From an uncultured Acidobacteriota bacterium (lineage in GTDB: Bacteria; Acidobacteriota; Terriglobia; UBA7540): a stretch of DNA of 64,000 bases. This document shows positions 21,769 to 31,054 of the stretch, piece by piece. Position 1 is the stretch's first letter; each line of letters opens with the position of its first letter. The stretch spans positions 64,001-128,000 of the forward strand of contig CAWDSK010000002.1 in assembly GCA_963804995.1 (NCBI GenBank). The letters run 5' to 3'. Under the pieces are notes generated by a model, which saw only the letters and a program-made list of their open reading frames with translations, had not been told where the DNA came from and did no database searches. The position numbers and the translations under genes were made by a program.

Positions 21769-22302
21769 ATGCGGAGCAAACTACTGGCGTCTGCGATCCT
21801 TGGGGTATTGTTTGCCCTTTGCGCCCAGGCCCAACGGGAAGCGACCCCGCAAGCGGTGGAGCGCATTGTGAGGGAAGTGCGGCACGAAATCTTGCTGCTT
21901 CCTTACTATGGTGTCTTCGACAACATCACGTATTCGGTTTCCGGTTACAACGTGACCTTGATGGGGCGGGTTACGAACCCGACGCTCAAGCAGGACGCAG
22001 GAAACGTCGTGAAGCATATCGAGGGCGTGGAGAAAGTGGATAACCAGATCGAAGTCCTCCCCCCCTCGCCCATGGATGATGGCCTGCGCCTGAAGCTCTA
22101 TCGTTCCATCTATGGTTTCGGCCCACTCGAAAAGTACGCCATGCCTGTCATCAAGCCCATCCGGATTATCGTGAAGAACGGCAATGTCACACTCGAAGGC
22201 GTAGTGGATAACGAGACCGACAAGAACCTGGCCAATGTCCGGGCCAACACTGTTTCCGGCATCTTCTCAGTCACCAACAATTTGAAGGTGGTCAAACGGT
22301 AG
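21769..22302 (+). CDS. Exported double-BON-domain protein
   Basis: GAGG RBS, signal peptide, VTLMGRV...GVEKVDNQIEV and VTLEGVV...GIFSVTNNLKV. Confidence 0.85.
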   Translation: MRSKLLASAILGVLFALCAQAQREATPQAVERIVREVRHEILLLPYYGVFDNITYSVSGYNVTLMGRVTNPTLKQDAGNVVKHIEGVEKVDNQIEVLPPSPMDDGLRLKLYRSIYGFGPLEKYAMPVIKPIRIIVKNGNVTLEGVVDNETDKNLANVRANTVSGIFSVTNNLKVVKR

Positions 22303-22536
22303 TTAGGATCCATAACCTACGGGCCAGCGTCCATCGCGTTTGTCGCAAGGTATGCGGTAGCCGCGGGTTCACCCTGCCACACTCTGGGAGTTACACGTGT
22401 GCCCGTCAATCCGACATGGAACTAATGCTTCTCTCCATGAATGAACCAAGGAACGTGTGAGTCGGGGAGTTGATGCCGGACAGGCGTCTCATGTGCGTCA
22501 TGGCACGGCCTGCACGATCGGCGCGCCGGACCCCTC

Positions 22537-23265
22537 TTAACTCTTTTTGAAGAGCCCTTTGAGGCGGCCCATAAGTCCTGACTGCGGATCATCGCTGGCG
22601 GGCGCAGGAGCGCGCGGGGGAGGGACTGGGGGCAGGGGCGTGGGATACTTCGGGTCCGCCGCCACGGCATTCTGTGCAGGTTTGGGCCGTAGAGGCGGTG
22701 GCGTGGGCGCCGCTGGATTCTTAACCAGTGCCGGGTCAGGGTCAGGCGGCGGTGGGTCCACAGTAGCGGCAGGCTGGAGCTTGGGCGATTGAGTGCCGGG
22801 TGGCGCAGCGTCCGCCACGGGAGCGCCGCACACATCGCAAAAGTCCCCCGCCAAATCCAAGGGACTTCTACAAAAACGACAGAGCACCACTCCCGGCTGG
22901 GTGGAGCGCTTCTCAAAGGAAGCCTTCAACAATTCCTCGTCGATCTCCACCAAGTCACGGCCCAGGCTGGGGCGCGGACGTTCAAGCGGTGCTCCCGTGC
23001 GAGGAGCAATCACTGGAGAGGGAGAGATTCTCAGGGCGATTGTGGATTGCGGCGTCGGTCGTGGGCGGCGCACTGGCTCAACCGGCGGGGCAACCGCTGC
23101 GGGCGCGGGAGGTGGGGCAGAAGGCGCTGGTGCGGTGCTGAGCGGAGTGCTGGCGTTCGTGGCATTAATCTCCACGGAGCCGACATCTGCTATGGGTGTG
23201 CCGCACTGGAGGCAGAAACGCATCCCCTCCGGAACAGCCGCGTGACACTGGGCACAAGTTGTCAT
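22537..23265 (-). CDS. Zinc-ribbon, proline-rich hypothetical protein
   Basis: CAQC...CLQCG and CRFC...CDVCG separated by Pro-rich linkers. Confidence 0.7.
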   Translation of the reverse strand: MTTCAQCHAAVPEGMRFCLQCGTPIADVGSVEINATNASTPLSTAPAPSAPPPAPAAVAPPVEPVRRPRPTPQSTIALRISPSPVIAPRTGAPLERPRPSLGRDLVEIDEELLKASFEKRSTQPGVVLCRFCRSPLDLAGDFCDVCGAPVADAAPPGTQSPKLQPAATVDPPPPDPDPALVKNPAAPTPPPLRPKPAQNAVAADPKYPTPLPPVPPPRAPAPASDDPQSGLMGRLKGLFKKS

Positions 23266-23423
23266 ACGTCCCGTCTCGAAGCGAAGCCGGAAATCGATCT
23301 CCACTCCCTTTGGGGCATCTTATTACAGCCGACGCGACTTCTCAAGCACCGTTCGCGCTTCGGCTTGACACCCGATTGATAATCGACTGCAGGCTCAAGC
23401 TTGTAATTTCCTGGGAGGCACAG

Positions 23424-24449
23424 ATGGCGGCTTCTGATCGAGTTGGGTACGCGGTGGTTGGGTTGGGGCATTTTGCCGAGGGCGTGGTACTTCCTGGCTT
23501 CCGGAAGAGCCGCAAAGCCAAGCTGGTGGCGCTGGTGAGCGGCGATGAACGGAAGGCGCGGCGGCTGGCGAAGAAATTCGGCCCCAGCGACTGCTACTCC
23601 TATGACGACTACGCGCTCTGCCTGAACCATCCGGAGGTGGAGGCCGTTTACATTGCCACCCCCAACAGCACGCACCTGGGTTTTACCGTGCAGGCGGCGG
23701 CCGCCGGCAGGCACGTGCTCTGCGAGAAGCCCATGGCCAATGATCTGGCGGAATGCCAGCAGATGATTGACGCCTGCCGCTCGAACCACGTGCGGCTGAT
23801 GGTTGCCTATCGCAAGCATTTTGAGCCTGCCGCGCTTGACCTGAAGATGCTGGTGGAGAGCGGAAAACTTGGCCGGCTGAAGATCATTCACTCGGTGTTC
23901 TCAACCTACCTGCGACCCGGGCCGAAGATCCCGAGCTGGCACTTTGAACGGCAGCGGGCGGGTGGTGGAGCGCTGCTGGACGTTGGAATCTACTGCATCA
24001 ACACGGTGCGCTGGGTGACAGGCCAGGAACCGCTGGAAGCCGCGGCTTACCAGTGGACCGTCGATCCCGGAGTCTTCCGCGAAGTGGATGAGAATCTGGC
24101 GTTCCGGCTCAATTTTCCGGACGGCCTGGTGATGCAGGGAACGGCAAGCTGGGGCGCAGCGAAGGCGTCGTTCCTGCATGTCATCGGCGAGAATGGCTGG
24201 GCCAACCTCGACCCCGCCTTCATCCGCAATGAGTCGCGGCGCCTCTGTGGGCGCATTGGCGGGCGATGGTTCGAGAAGAAGTACAAGGTCATGAACGAAG
24301 TGGCGCATGAACTTGACGCCTTTGCGGATTGCGTGCGCCACAACCGCGAGCCGGAACCGAACGGGGCCCAGGGTCTCCGCGATGTGGCGGTGATACAGGC
24401 CATTTACCAGGCGGCACGCGAAGGTCGTCCGGTGGCGATTAAGGCATGA
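23424..24449 (+). CDS. Gfo/Idh/MocA family oxidoreductase
   Basis: VVGLGHFA, VYIATPNSTH, HVLCEKPMA, GGGALLDVGIY; GGAGG RBS. Confidence 0.92.
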   Translation: MAASDRVGYAVVGLGHFAEGVVLPGFRKSRKAKLVALVSGDERKARRLAKKFGPSDCYSYDDYALCLNHPEVEAVYIATPNSTHLGFTVQAAAAGRHVLCEKPMANDLAECQQMIDACRSNHVRLMVAYRKHFEPAALDLKMLVESGKLGRLKIIHSVFSTYLRPGPKIPSWHFERQRAGGGALLDVGIYCINTVRWVTGQEPLEAAAYQWTVDPGVFREVDENLAFRLNFPDGLVMQGTASWGAAKASFLHVIGENGWANLDPAFIRNESRRLCGRIGGRWFEKKYKVMNEVAHELDAFADCVRHNREPEPNGAQGLRDVAVIQAIYQAAREGRPVAIKA

Positions 24450-24480
24450 CGAGATCCTGAGCGGAAGTTTAGCGCGGCGG

Positions 24481-24662
24481 AACCGCACGTCAAAAATCAT
24501 AGGAAGAAAACGCATGAAGTTGGGAAATTAAGTGGGACCTCGCTCGCTATGCCCCGCGGAGAGCAACATGTGGGACAGTCCCACTTCTTTACAAACAGTC
24601 GCGGGCCTACATAAGTAGAGTGGGACAACAGGCGGGGCTCGGCCCGACCTCCCCGCTCCCCG
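24481..24662. repeat. Dispersed ~180-bp element, copy A (core GTGGGACAGTCCCAC)
   Basis: Aligns with 39395..39571. Confidence 0.75.
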
Positions 24663-24752
24663 GCCGGCCGGACATGCAGATTTCCCACCGCCGGGCTTCA
24701 CGTCAACTCTCTTAAGACATCCGAGTCTCGCAGCAGGTGGCGGCGCACTACG

Positions 24753-25323
24753 CTAGAAATTCTCCAGGATGGCGGTGACAAGAGTGCGGGCAAGGTCACG
24801 CGAGAGACGTTCGAGGGCGGGCTTGTCTTCCTCAAAAAGCGCGGAGGGAGATTCGTTTACCTGGTACTGCTCACGAAAGATGTAGTTGTTGTTGGAATAC
24901 AGGACCTTATGCGAGTGCAGATCCTCCAGCCGCACGTTGGCCGTAACCTGAATCTGCAAGGAGGTGGCACGGCCGGTGTTGAGGTCAAAGGTGAGGACGC
25001 CGGAGCGCACATCCTTGACCGTACCCTTCAATACGGCGTCGGCGCCTTCAGGATTGGGCGTGACTTGAAAGTGCGTGCGCTCCAGGAGCTCGCGGGTGAC
25101 GGCAGCGGTGAGCTGCTGCTCGATCCGGAAAGTGGCGGTTTCGTTCTTGAAGGCGGGCACGGCGATGGTCTTGACGTTCGGGCGGGATGAGGTCCCCCCG
25201 GCCGGCTACGTGGTAACCGCAGGCGGACAGGAATAACAGCAGCCAGGAGACGGTAAACAGCAGACCGCGCTGGCTCCTCGAAGAAGTCAAGGGAGTTGTG
25301 GCGGTGGTCAGTTTGGAATTCAT
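24753..25323 (-). CDS. lptE: LptE-family lipoprotein, frameshifted near 25180
   Basis: Lipobox LSACGY; removing one base gives LIPPNVKTIAVPAFKNET...ADAVLKG. Confidence 0.75.
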
Positions 25324-25339
25324 AATTCTATAATGTCAG

Positions 25340-25430
25340 CACCACCCCGGCGCGCGGCCCCGATCATCAATTTGGAAAGAACGCGCTATCGGGGCTCGGC
25401 GCGCCACCCCTCCTCATCTGAGGAGGGGAG
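25340..25430. repeat. CCACCCC...CCCCTCCT-AGGAGGGG palindromic repeat carrying a CCCCGAT...ATCGGGG insert
   Basis: caccaccccggcgcgcgg ccccgat...atcgggg ctcggcgcgccacccctcctcatctgaggaggggag. Confidence 0.5.
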
Positions 25431-25447
25431 TATTTTCACGACAGCTC

Positions 25448-26522
25448 TCAAGCCCGTGGCCCAGCCCGCAAAGTGGCCGCAATTTCAACGGCATTGCTGG
25501 CGGCGAGGTGGAGGTTATCCGCCACCGCCCAAATCCACAGCCCGGTTGGATGCGCGGAGTCGCTCGAAACGCTGTCTACCAGGATATCGTTTGAGCCCGT
25601 GGCCTCGACGGGGGTAGGAGGTTCCTGTGCCGGCCGCCGCACGCGCACCCGCTCACCCCCGAGCGCCGCGGCGGCAGCCTCCGGGGCAACGGGCGCGGCG
25701 GTCTCTACGTAGAGCGATACACCGACGGAATAGAAAATCGGGGCCTGGACCAGGCGCAAGGCAGGCCGCGGGACGCGCTCGCCCAGATAGTCATGCAACT
25801 GGACGCGCAGGCGAGCTTCGAGTGCGGCCATTTCACCCGTGGCCGCGCGCCCCAGGCGCGATAGCACGTTGAAGGCGAGCTGCGTGCCAAAAACCTGGTG
25901 CGGAGTTTTTTGAAAGCTCAGCAAGCCCACCGCCTGCTTCTGGAGCTCTTCGATTCCCCGCGAGCCGGATTCCGACGCTGAAATGAATACCTGGGCCACC
26001 GCGGTCTTAAGCGGAAAGCGCGCCGCAAGACGAAGCAGCAGGCTGCTGATCACGATCACGGCAGGATGTGGGGAAACGTGCAGCAGCGGAAGGGCGGATT
26101 CCAGCCCCTTGACCGGGAAGCGGCGGTCGAGGAACGGCACGCTCACCAGGCTCTCGAACGGGCGGGGCAAGCGGTTCCGCGGCACTTCCGCCCAGGCCTT
26201 CGCCCACCAGATCGATCACCGTGCAGCGTGCCTCAGCGCGATGCTCCTGCCAGGAGCGCAGAAAGGCCGGCACTTGACGCTGGCGGGCCGCCAGGAAGGC
26301 AAAATCCAATTCCGCCTCGCTCACCTCTGCGTCCTCGACAGCAGCCTGGAAGCCGGCGCGCAGATCGATGATGGGGAGTTCAGGCTCGCCCTCTTCGGTG
26401 TCAAGGGTGACCAGTCGGGAGATGGGGAACTTCTCGTCCTCGAGGACAGTCACCAGTTCCTTGCCGAGCAGAGAGGAGGCGCCTACCACCGCCACCCGGT
26501 ACCCTTCTTTCCCAGGTTTCAT
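25448..26522 (-). CDS. Aspartate-semialdehyde dehydrogenase-family protein, frameshifted near 26150-26200
   Basis: RVAVVGASSLLGKEL (26007..26522 frame) joined to QLAFNVL...WAVADNL (25448..26185 frame); catalytic Cys not evident, so possibly Usg-like. Confidence 0.75.
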
Positions 26523-27388
26523 GCGGCATGAACCTCTTCAGGCGCCGGCGGATGGGGACGGAACTTGGAGATAATCCGCAGGACGATCCCCGACAGCCCG
26601 TAGGTAAGGGCCATGGTAAGCAGGACGGGCTCGGAGAAAAGTGCAATGCCCACAACGATGAGGCCGATGAAGATGATGGCCAGGTGAGAACGGCGCCTTT
26701 GCAGGTTGACCGTCTTGAAAGTGTAATAGCGCATGCGGCTGACCATCAGGAAAGCCAGAACGCTGACCACCAGCAGCCAGCCCACCGCGATTTCCCAGAC
26801 GCTCAACGGCGTTTTTTGCCAATGCACGATGGCGGCCACCACGCCCGCGGCGGCGGGAATAGGCATGCCGACAAAGAAGCGGCGATCGGAGTTGGGCTTG
26901 GCGGTATCGATGTTGAAGCGGGCCAGGCGCGCCGCTCCGCAGATCACGTAAGCGAAGGTGGTGATCCAGGCGACTTGCCGCAAATGCAAAAGCAGTGGCC
27001 CGCCGGCATTTTCCATCACCCCGCGCACCCCCCAGACGTAGGCCAGAAAGGCGGGGGCCACGCCGAAAGCGATGACGTCAGCCAGCGAATCGAATTCGCG
27101 TCCGAAGGGCGAAGCGGTGTTGGTAAGGCGAGCGATGCGGCCATCCAGACTGTCAAAAAGAATCGCCAAGCCGATGGCCCGGGCCGCGTTGTCAAACAGC
27201 AAGCGGGCGCTGTCCATGGCCGCCTGGGCCTGGTCAGGCCCGAAAGTGCCAGCCAGTTGCTGCCCGGCGCGCAGGGTGGAGATGATGGCGTAGTAGCCGC
27301 AGACGAGTGTTCCTACGGTGAAAAGGCTGGGGAGAACGTAGATGCCGCGACGTAATCCGCGGCGCTTATTCGCTAGTTGTGGTTCCAA
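26519..27388 (-). CDS. pssA: CDP-diacylglycerol--serine O-phosphatidyltransferase
   Basis: DSLDGRIAR...FGREFDSLADVIAFGVAPA, RLARFN; TTG start with GGAG; follows psd. Confidence 0.93.
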   Translation of the reverse strand: MEPQLANKRRGLRRGIYVLPSLFTVGTLVCGYYAIISTLRAGQQLAGTFGPDQAQAAMDSARLLFDNAARAIGLAILFDSLDGRIARLTNTASPFGREFDSLADVIAFGVAPAFLAYVWGVRGVMENAGGPLLLHLRQVAWITTFAYVICGAARLARFNIDTAKPNSDRRFFVGMPIPAAAGVVAAIVHWQKTPLSVWEIAVGWLLVVSVLAFLMVSRMRYYTFKTVNLQRRRSHLAIIFIGLIVVGIALFSEPVLLTMALTYGLSGIVLRIISKFRPHPPAPEEVHAA

Positions 27389-28004
27389 GGATGCTGCTCC
27401 CTGCCCACACGCGGTCCCCGACCTTGACACGCCACTGGACCGTGGGGGCTACCAGCACGTCAACGCGTGAACCGAACTTAATCATTCCCACGCGCTCGCC
27501 GCGCTCGAGCGTATCGCCCAAGCGTTTCCAGAATACGATACGGCGGGCCAACAAGCCAGCGATTTGCTTGACCACGACCTCACCTTGCTTGCCTTGGAGG
27601 GTGAAAATGTTTTGCTCGTTCTCGACCGAAGCCAGGTCCTGGGAAGCCACCCGGAACGAGCCTTTCTTGTAACTCACCGCTTGGATGACGCCGGCAATGG
27701 GAGCACGGTTCACGTGGACGTCCAGGGGCGACATGAAGATGCTCAACCGCCGCACCGGCCGGCCCTCAAATTCTTCCTCGGCAAGTTGCACCACCCGCCC
27801 ATCCGCGGGAGAAATGAGGGCATGCTCCTCCTGGGGAATGGAGCGCTCCGGGTCACGGAAAAAGTTTAGAACCAGGAAGGCAAGAACCAGAAAGAAGATG
27901 GAGAGGAGAAGAAGAAATAGGCTCCGCTGGCGAAGCCAGAATCCCATCAGGCCGCCAGCAATCAACACCAAGGGCAGACCGTACCAGTAACCTTCCTTGA
28001 TCAT
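27366..28004 (-). CDS. psd: Phosphatidylserine decarboxylase proenzyme
   Basis: FFRDPER, SPADG, IFMSPLDVHVNRAP, FGSRVD cleavage motif. Confidence 0.95.
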   Translation of the reverse strand: MIKEGYWYGLPLVLIAGGLMGFWLRQRSLFLLLLSIFFLVLAFLVLNFFRDPERSIPQEEHALISPADGRVVQLAEEEFEGRPVRRLSIFMSPLDVHVNRAPIAGVIQAVSYKKGSFRVASQDLASVENEQNIFTLQGKQGEVVVKQIAGLLARRIVFWKRLGDTLERGERVGMIKFGSRVDVLVAPTVQWRVKVGDRVWAGSSILGTTTSE

Positions 28005-28139
28005 GGAGCGTCACGTGTTGGCCCAGCGCCACCCGGCACGCTTCGGGAGAGCCTGACGCTAACTACACCTGTCAGGCATCCTCTGGTGTCGCCGGGCAAT
28101 TCGTCCCGAACTCCTGAGCCCACGCCGGTCCCAATACGT

Positions 28140-28367
28140 CTAGTGGACAAGCTGAGCTTGCCGGACCAACGACTCCATCTGATCTTTCACGCGCAGCTTC
28201 AGCTTCTTGAGGCGCACTTCCTCTATCTGCTCTTCTTCAGAGAGATGGTTTTTGGTGGCCAATTGGTCAAGTTGGGAAGCGTATTGGGCGTGTTCGTCGC
28301 GGAGACGTCGATACAGTTCGTTGTTGGCCATCAAATGATCCCGGACGGCCTCGGTAGGGGTGCTCAC
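28140..28367 (-). CDS. DUF465/YdcH-family small coiled-coil protein
   Basis: GGAGG RBS + GTG; EH...LD...RLKKLKLRVKDQM. Confidence 0.8.
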   Translation of the reverse strand: MSTPTEAVRDHLMANNELYRRLRDEHAQYASQLDQLATKNHLSEEEQIEEVRLKKLKLRVKDQMESLVRQAQLVH

Positions 28368-28447
28368 GAGCGTGTCACCTCCTGGCTGTAATAAATGCGT
28401 AACAAAGGTAGCACAGGGCAAGGGGAGGTTCAAGGTAGAAAGGGGGA

Positions 28448-28858
28448 TCACCGCCGAGGCGCGGAGACGCAGAGAAGGAAGGTAGCGCGGACCCCCGTGG
28501 TTGGGGTCCGCGGTTCTTCGTTTGGAATAGTCGCAAATGGTGGTAACGGAGAGCCGCGCTGAGCCTGCATAAACTTGATTGCACGGAGGAAGAGCCGAAC
28601 GAGCAAAAGTATCTCGCGCAGAGACGCAGAGGCGCAGAGAAAACAAATCAGTTATTTGCTTAAAATCTCTGCGCCTCAGCGGCTCTGCGCGAGATTATCT
28701 ATTTTTTTCACAGTTCTTCGTTAGGAATAGCCGCAGAGGGTGGTATCGGAGAGCCGCGCTGAGCCTGCATAAACTTGATTGCACGGAGGAAGAGCCGCAG
28801 ACCTCAAAAGCGGAGGTCTGCGCTGCGTTTCCTCTGCGCCTCCGCGTCTCTGCGGTGA
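28448..28858. repeat. Nested repeat complex: outer inverted repeat, GTAG-REP pair, 85-bp direct duplication, inner inverted repeat
   Basis: Outer IR 28448-28475/28831-28858; REPs 28482-28520 and 28789-28827; direct repeats 28513-28597 and 28713-28797; inner IR 28611-28640/28666-28695. Confidence 0.8.
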
Positions 28859-28888
28859 CGAACAATGATGATTGTGTTTAGGGAAGCG

Positions 28889-29620
28889 TCAGCTTAGCTT
28901 ATTCCCCGCGTGCAGGCCGCACTCTTTCTTGGTGGCTTCTTCCCACCACCAGCGGCCTTCGCGTTCGTGCTGGCCCGGCAGAACGGCTCGCGTGCAGGGT
29001 TCGCACCCGATGGAAATGAAGCCGCGCTCATGCAAGGGATTGAAGGGAACGTTGTTTTCCCGAATGTAGTCCCAAACTTGCTTCGAGCTCCAATTGGCCA
29101 GGGGGTTAAACTTCACCAGGTCCCGTTCCGGGGTCGCGAACGTGGGGTCAGCTTGTACGACGGGGACAACGGCGCGCGTCGACGGACTCTGGTCGCGGCG
29201 CTGCCCGGTGACCCAGGCGTCCATGGTGCCCAGCGCCCGTCGCAGCGGCTCCACCTTGCGAATGCCGCAGCACTCCTGGTGCCCGTCCTTATAGAACGAG
29301 AAGAGGCCTTTCTCGCGCACCAGCTTTTCCACCGCTTCCGGCCGCGGGAAGAAAACCTCGATGGGCAGGTTGTAGTGCTCACGCACCCGGTCGAGGAAGC
29401 GCAGCGTTTCCGTGTGCAGGCGCCCGGTGTCGAGTGAAAAAACGCGGAACTTTCCTCCCAGCTTCGCGGCCAAATCCACCAGCACCACATCTTCCGCGCC
29501 GCTGAAACTGATGCCGATCTGGGGAGAGAACATTTCAAACGCCAGCGCCAGGATCTCCCGCGGATGTCGCTGGGCGTAGGTTTCGGCCAGTTCGGCCCAA
29601 TTTGCAACTTCAGTCTGCAT
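28889..29620 (-). CDS. cysH: Adenylyl-sulfate (APS/PAPS) reductase
   Basis: [42 protein letters not shown]; Fe-S Cys motifs point to APS type. Confidence 0.93.
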   Translation of the reverse strand: MQTEVANWAELAETYAQRHPREILALAFEMFSPQIGISFSGAEDVVLVDLAAKLGGKFRVFSLDTGRLHTETLRFLDRVREHYNLPIEVFFPRPEAVEKLVREKGLFSFYKDGHQECCGIRKVEPLRRALGTMDAWVTGQRRDQSPSTRAVVPVVQADPTFATPERDLVKFNPLANWSSKQVWDYIRENNVPFNPLHERGFISIGCEPCTRAVLPGQHEREGRWWWEEATKKECGLHAGNKLS

Positions 29621-29651
29621 GGTTGTTTTCCTTTTCGAGTTATAAGTGAAG

Positions 29652-30021
29652 GTAGGAGACAGGAGCGAGGAGCTAGTGTGGTGTCCCGGTTAATATTTGA
29701 CAAGGCTGTCCGACCCCCTCACCCCCCAGCCCCTCTCCCCCAAAGGGGCGAGGGGAGAGTTAATTTTCTTGCCCTCGCCCCTTTGGGGGAGAGGGTGGCT
29801 GGCCGAGGCGTTCTCATCAGCCGAGGCCAGACGGGTGAGGGGGTTCTACCCATTGTCAACTCTAACTCGGGACACTACACTAGGAGTTAGAAGGGTTGTG
29901 GGCAGATTGTGGAGGCATTCAGCTTGCCAACTCCTAACTCCTCACTTCTAGCTCCTTACTCCTGCCTTCTGAGTTCTGACTCCTAACTTCTAGCTCCTAG
30001 CTCTTCACTCCTAGCTCCTGC
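29652..30021. repeat. Inverted 7-bp arrays (AGGAGNT / CTCCTAN) interrupted by a MITE
   Basis: gtaggagacaggagcgaggagct[MITE]aggagttag ... ctcctaa ctcctca cttctag ctcctta ctcctg. Confidence 0.7.
29673..29883. mobile_element. MITE, intact copy (211 bp including terminal CTAG)
   Basis: Ends CTAGTGTGGTGTCCCG / CGGGACACTACACTAG; near-identical inverted copy at 31206..32817. Confidence 0.85.
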
Positions 30022-30024
30022 AGC

Positions 30025-30795
30025 TTATCCCACCAGCAGGCGCGCTCCCAAAGAAAAATAGAGAACACTAAAGAGCCAACTGAAATAGCGCTCCGGAATG
30101 ATGCGGGTCAGGCGGCTCCCCAAAACGACGCCGGGGAGTGACCCCGCCGCCACGCGCAGGAACAGGTGGCTATCAAAATGCCCCAGCCACACGTGCATCG
30201 TTCCCGCCAGCGCCATGGTGGCGAGACCATAGAGAATGTCCGTGCCAACCAACTCGCCCAGCGGGTAAGGCGTGAGCAACAACAGGAAGACCATCAGCAG
30301 GCTGCCGCTGCCAATCGAGGTGAGCGCCACTAGAAATCCCACCAGCGCCCCAGCCAGGACCAGTTTGATGCCGGCAGAGCGGGAAGGCGCATCCACCCAA
30401 ATCTTGGGCGGCTTGATCTTCCCCAACCGCACCAGCGGCAGCACGAAGGCCACAATGAAAAGCGTGACGCCGAGCACACTCCGCAGCACATGATCGAGTT
30501 GGCCGACTCCAAGGTGAGCCTTCAGGTAGTGAATCAGCAGCATTCCGCCCACGGTCCCCGGTACGGTGCCCGCAATCAGGAAAGTCGCGAGTCTCCAGCG
30601 AACTTGCCCGAGCCGGCGGTGCTCAAACACACCCACGAGCTTGGTGAAGGCGCCGTTGACAATGTCCGTGCCGATGATGGTGACCGCGGAATATGGGGTC
30701 AGCACCATCAACAAGGGAGTCAGCAGCACGCCGCCGCCGGTGCCCGTCATTCCGATCAGTGTCCCCGTGATAAAGCCGATGATGGTAATGAACAT
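30025..30795 (-). CDS. TSUP (TauE/SafE) family sulfur-compound transporter
   Basis: GMTGTGGGVLLTP, IGTD, TSIGSGSL, LVGTD, GSLPGVVLGSRL; upstream of cysH. Confidence 0.9.
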   Translation of the reverse strand: MFITIIGFITGTLIGMTGTGGGVLLTPLLMVLTPYSAVTIIGTDIVNGAFTKLVGVFEHRRLGQVRWRLATFLIAGTVPGTVGGMLLIHYLKAHLGVGQLDHVLRSVLGVTLFIVAFVLPLVRLGKIKPPKIWVDAPSRSAGIKLVLAGALVGFLVALTSIGSGSLLMVFLLLLTPYPLGELVGTDILYGLATMALAGTMHVWLGHFDSHLFLRVAAGSLPGVVLGSRLTRIIPERYFSWLFSVLYFSLGARLLVG

Positions 30796-30867
30796 AAGCC
30801 GTTACCGCCGATTGTTCCCGCTGCTTCCCGCCCTGCAAGCTGACTGACTCTCGCCAGAAGGCCACCC

Positions 30868-30911
30868 AAAAACAAAAACGCCCGCTGGCGTTATCTCCGT
30901 CAGCGGGCGTC
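30868..30911 (-). terminator. Intrinsic terminator (attenuator) in the TSUP-cysH leader
   Basis: Minus strand ACGCCCGCTGACG-gagataa-CGCCAGCGGGCGT then TTTTGTTTTT. Confidence 0.85.
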
Positions 30912-30947
30912 TCAGATTAGGAACTGTTTGAGTGGGTCTTACAAGTC

Positions 30948-31043
30948 CTACTTCTCTGAGGTGACAACGCCGCTGCCGGATGGGGTACAACAACACATCC
31001 GCCGGGCGCCCTGGGTCCTCATCGAGTTGGAACTTGTAGCCAT
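30948..31043 (-). CDS. Cys-rich leader peptide MATSSNSMRTQGARRMCCCTPSGSGVVTSEK
   Basis: 31-codon uORF with TGT-TGT-TGT at 30995-30987, between promoter and terminator. Confidence 0.8.
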   Translation of the reverse strand: MATSSNSMRTQGARRMCCCTPSGSGVVTSEK

Positions 31044-31054
31044 TAAGAAAGCAG

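Noticed and set aside
28513..28797. Direct repeats as a CRISPR array
   Set aside because: Only two ~85-bp copies, palindromic intervening sequence, no cas genes
29564..29951. Short ORFs duplicated at 31043-31389 and 44250-44510
   Set aside because: Translations of the MITE/palindromic repeat
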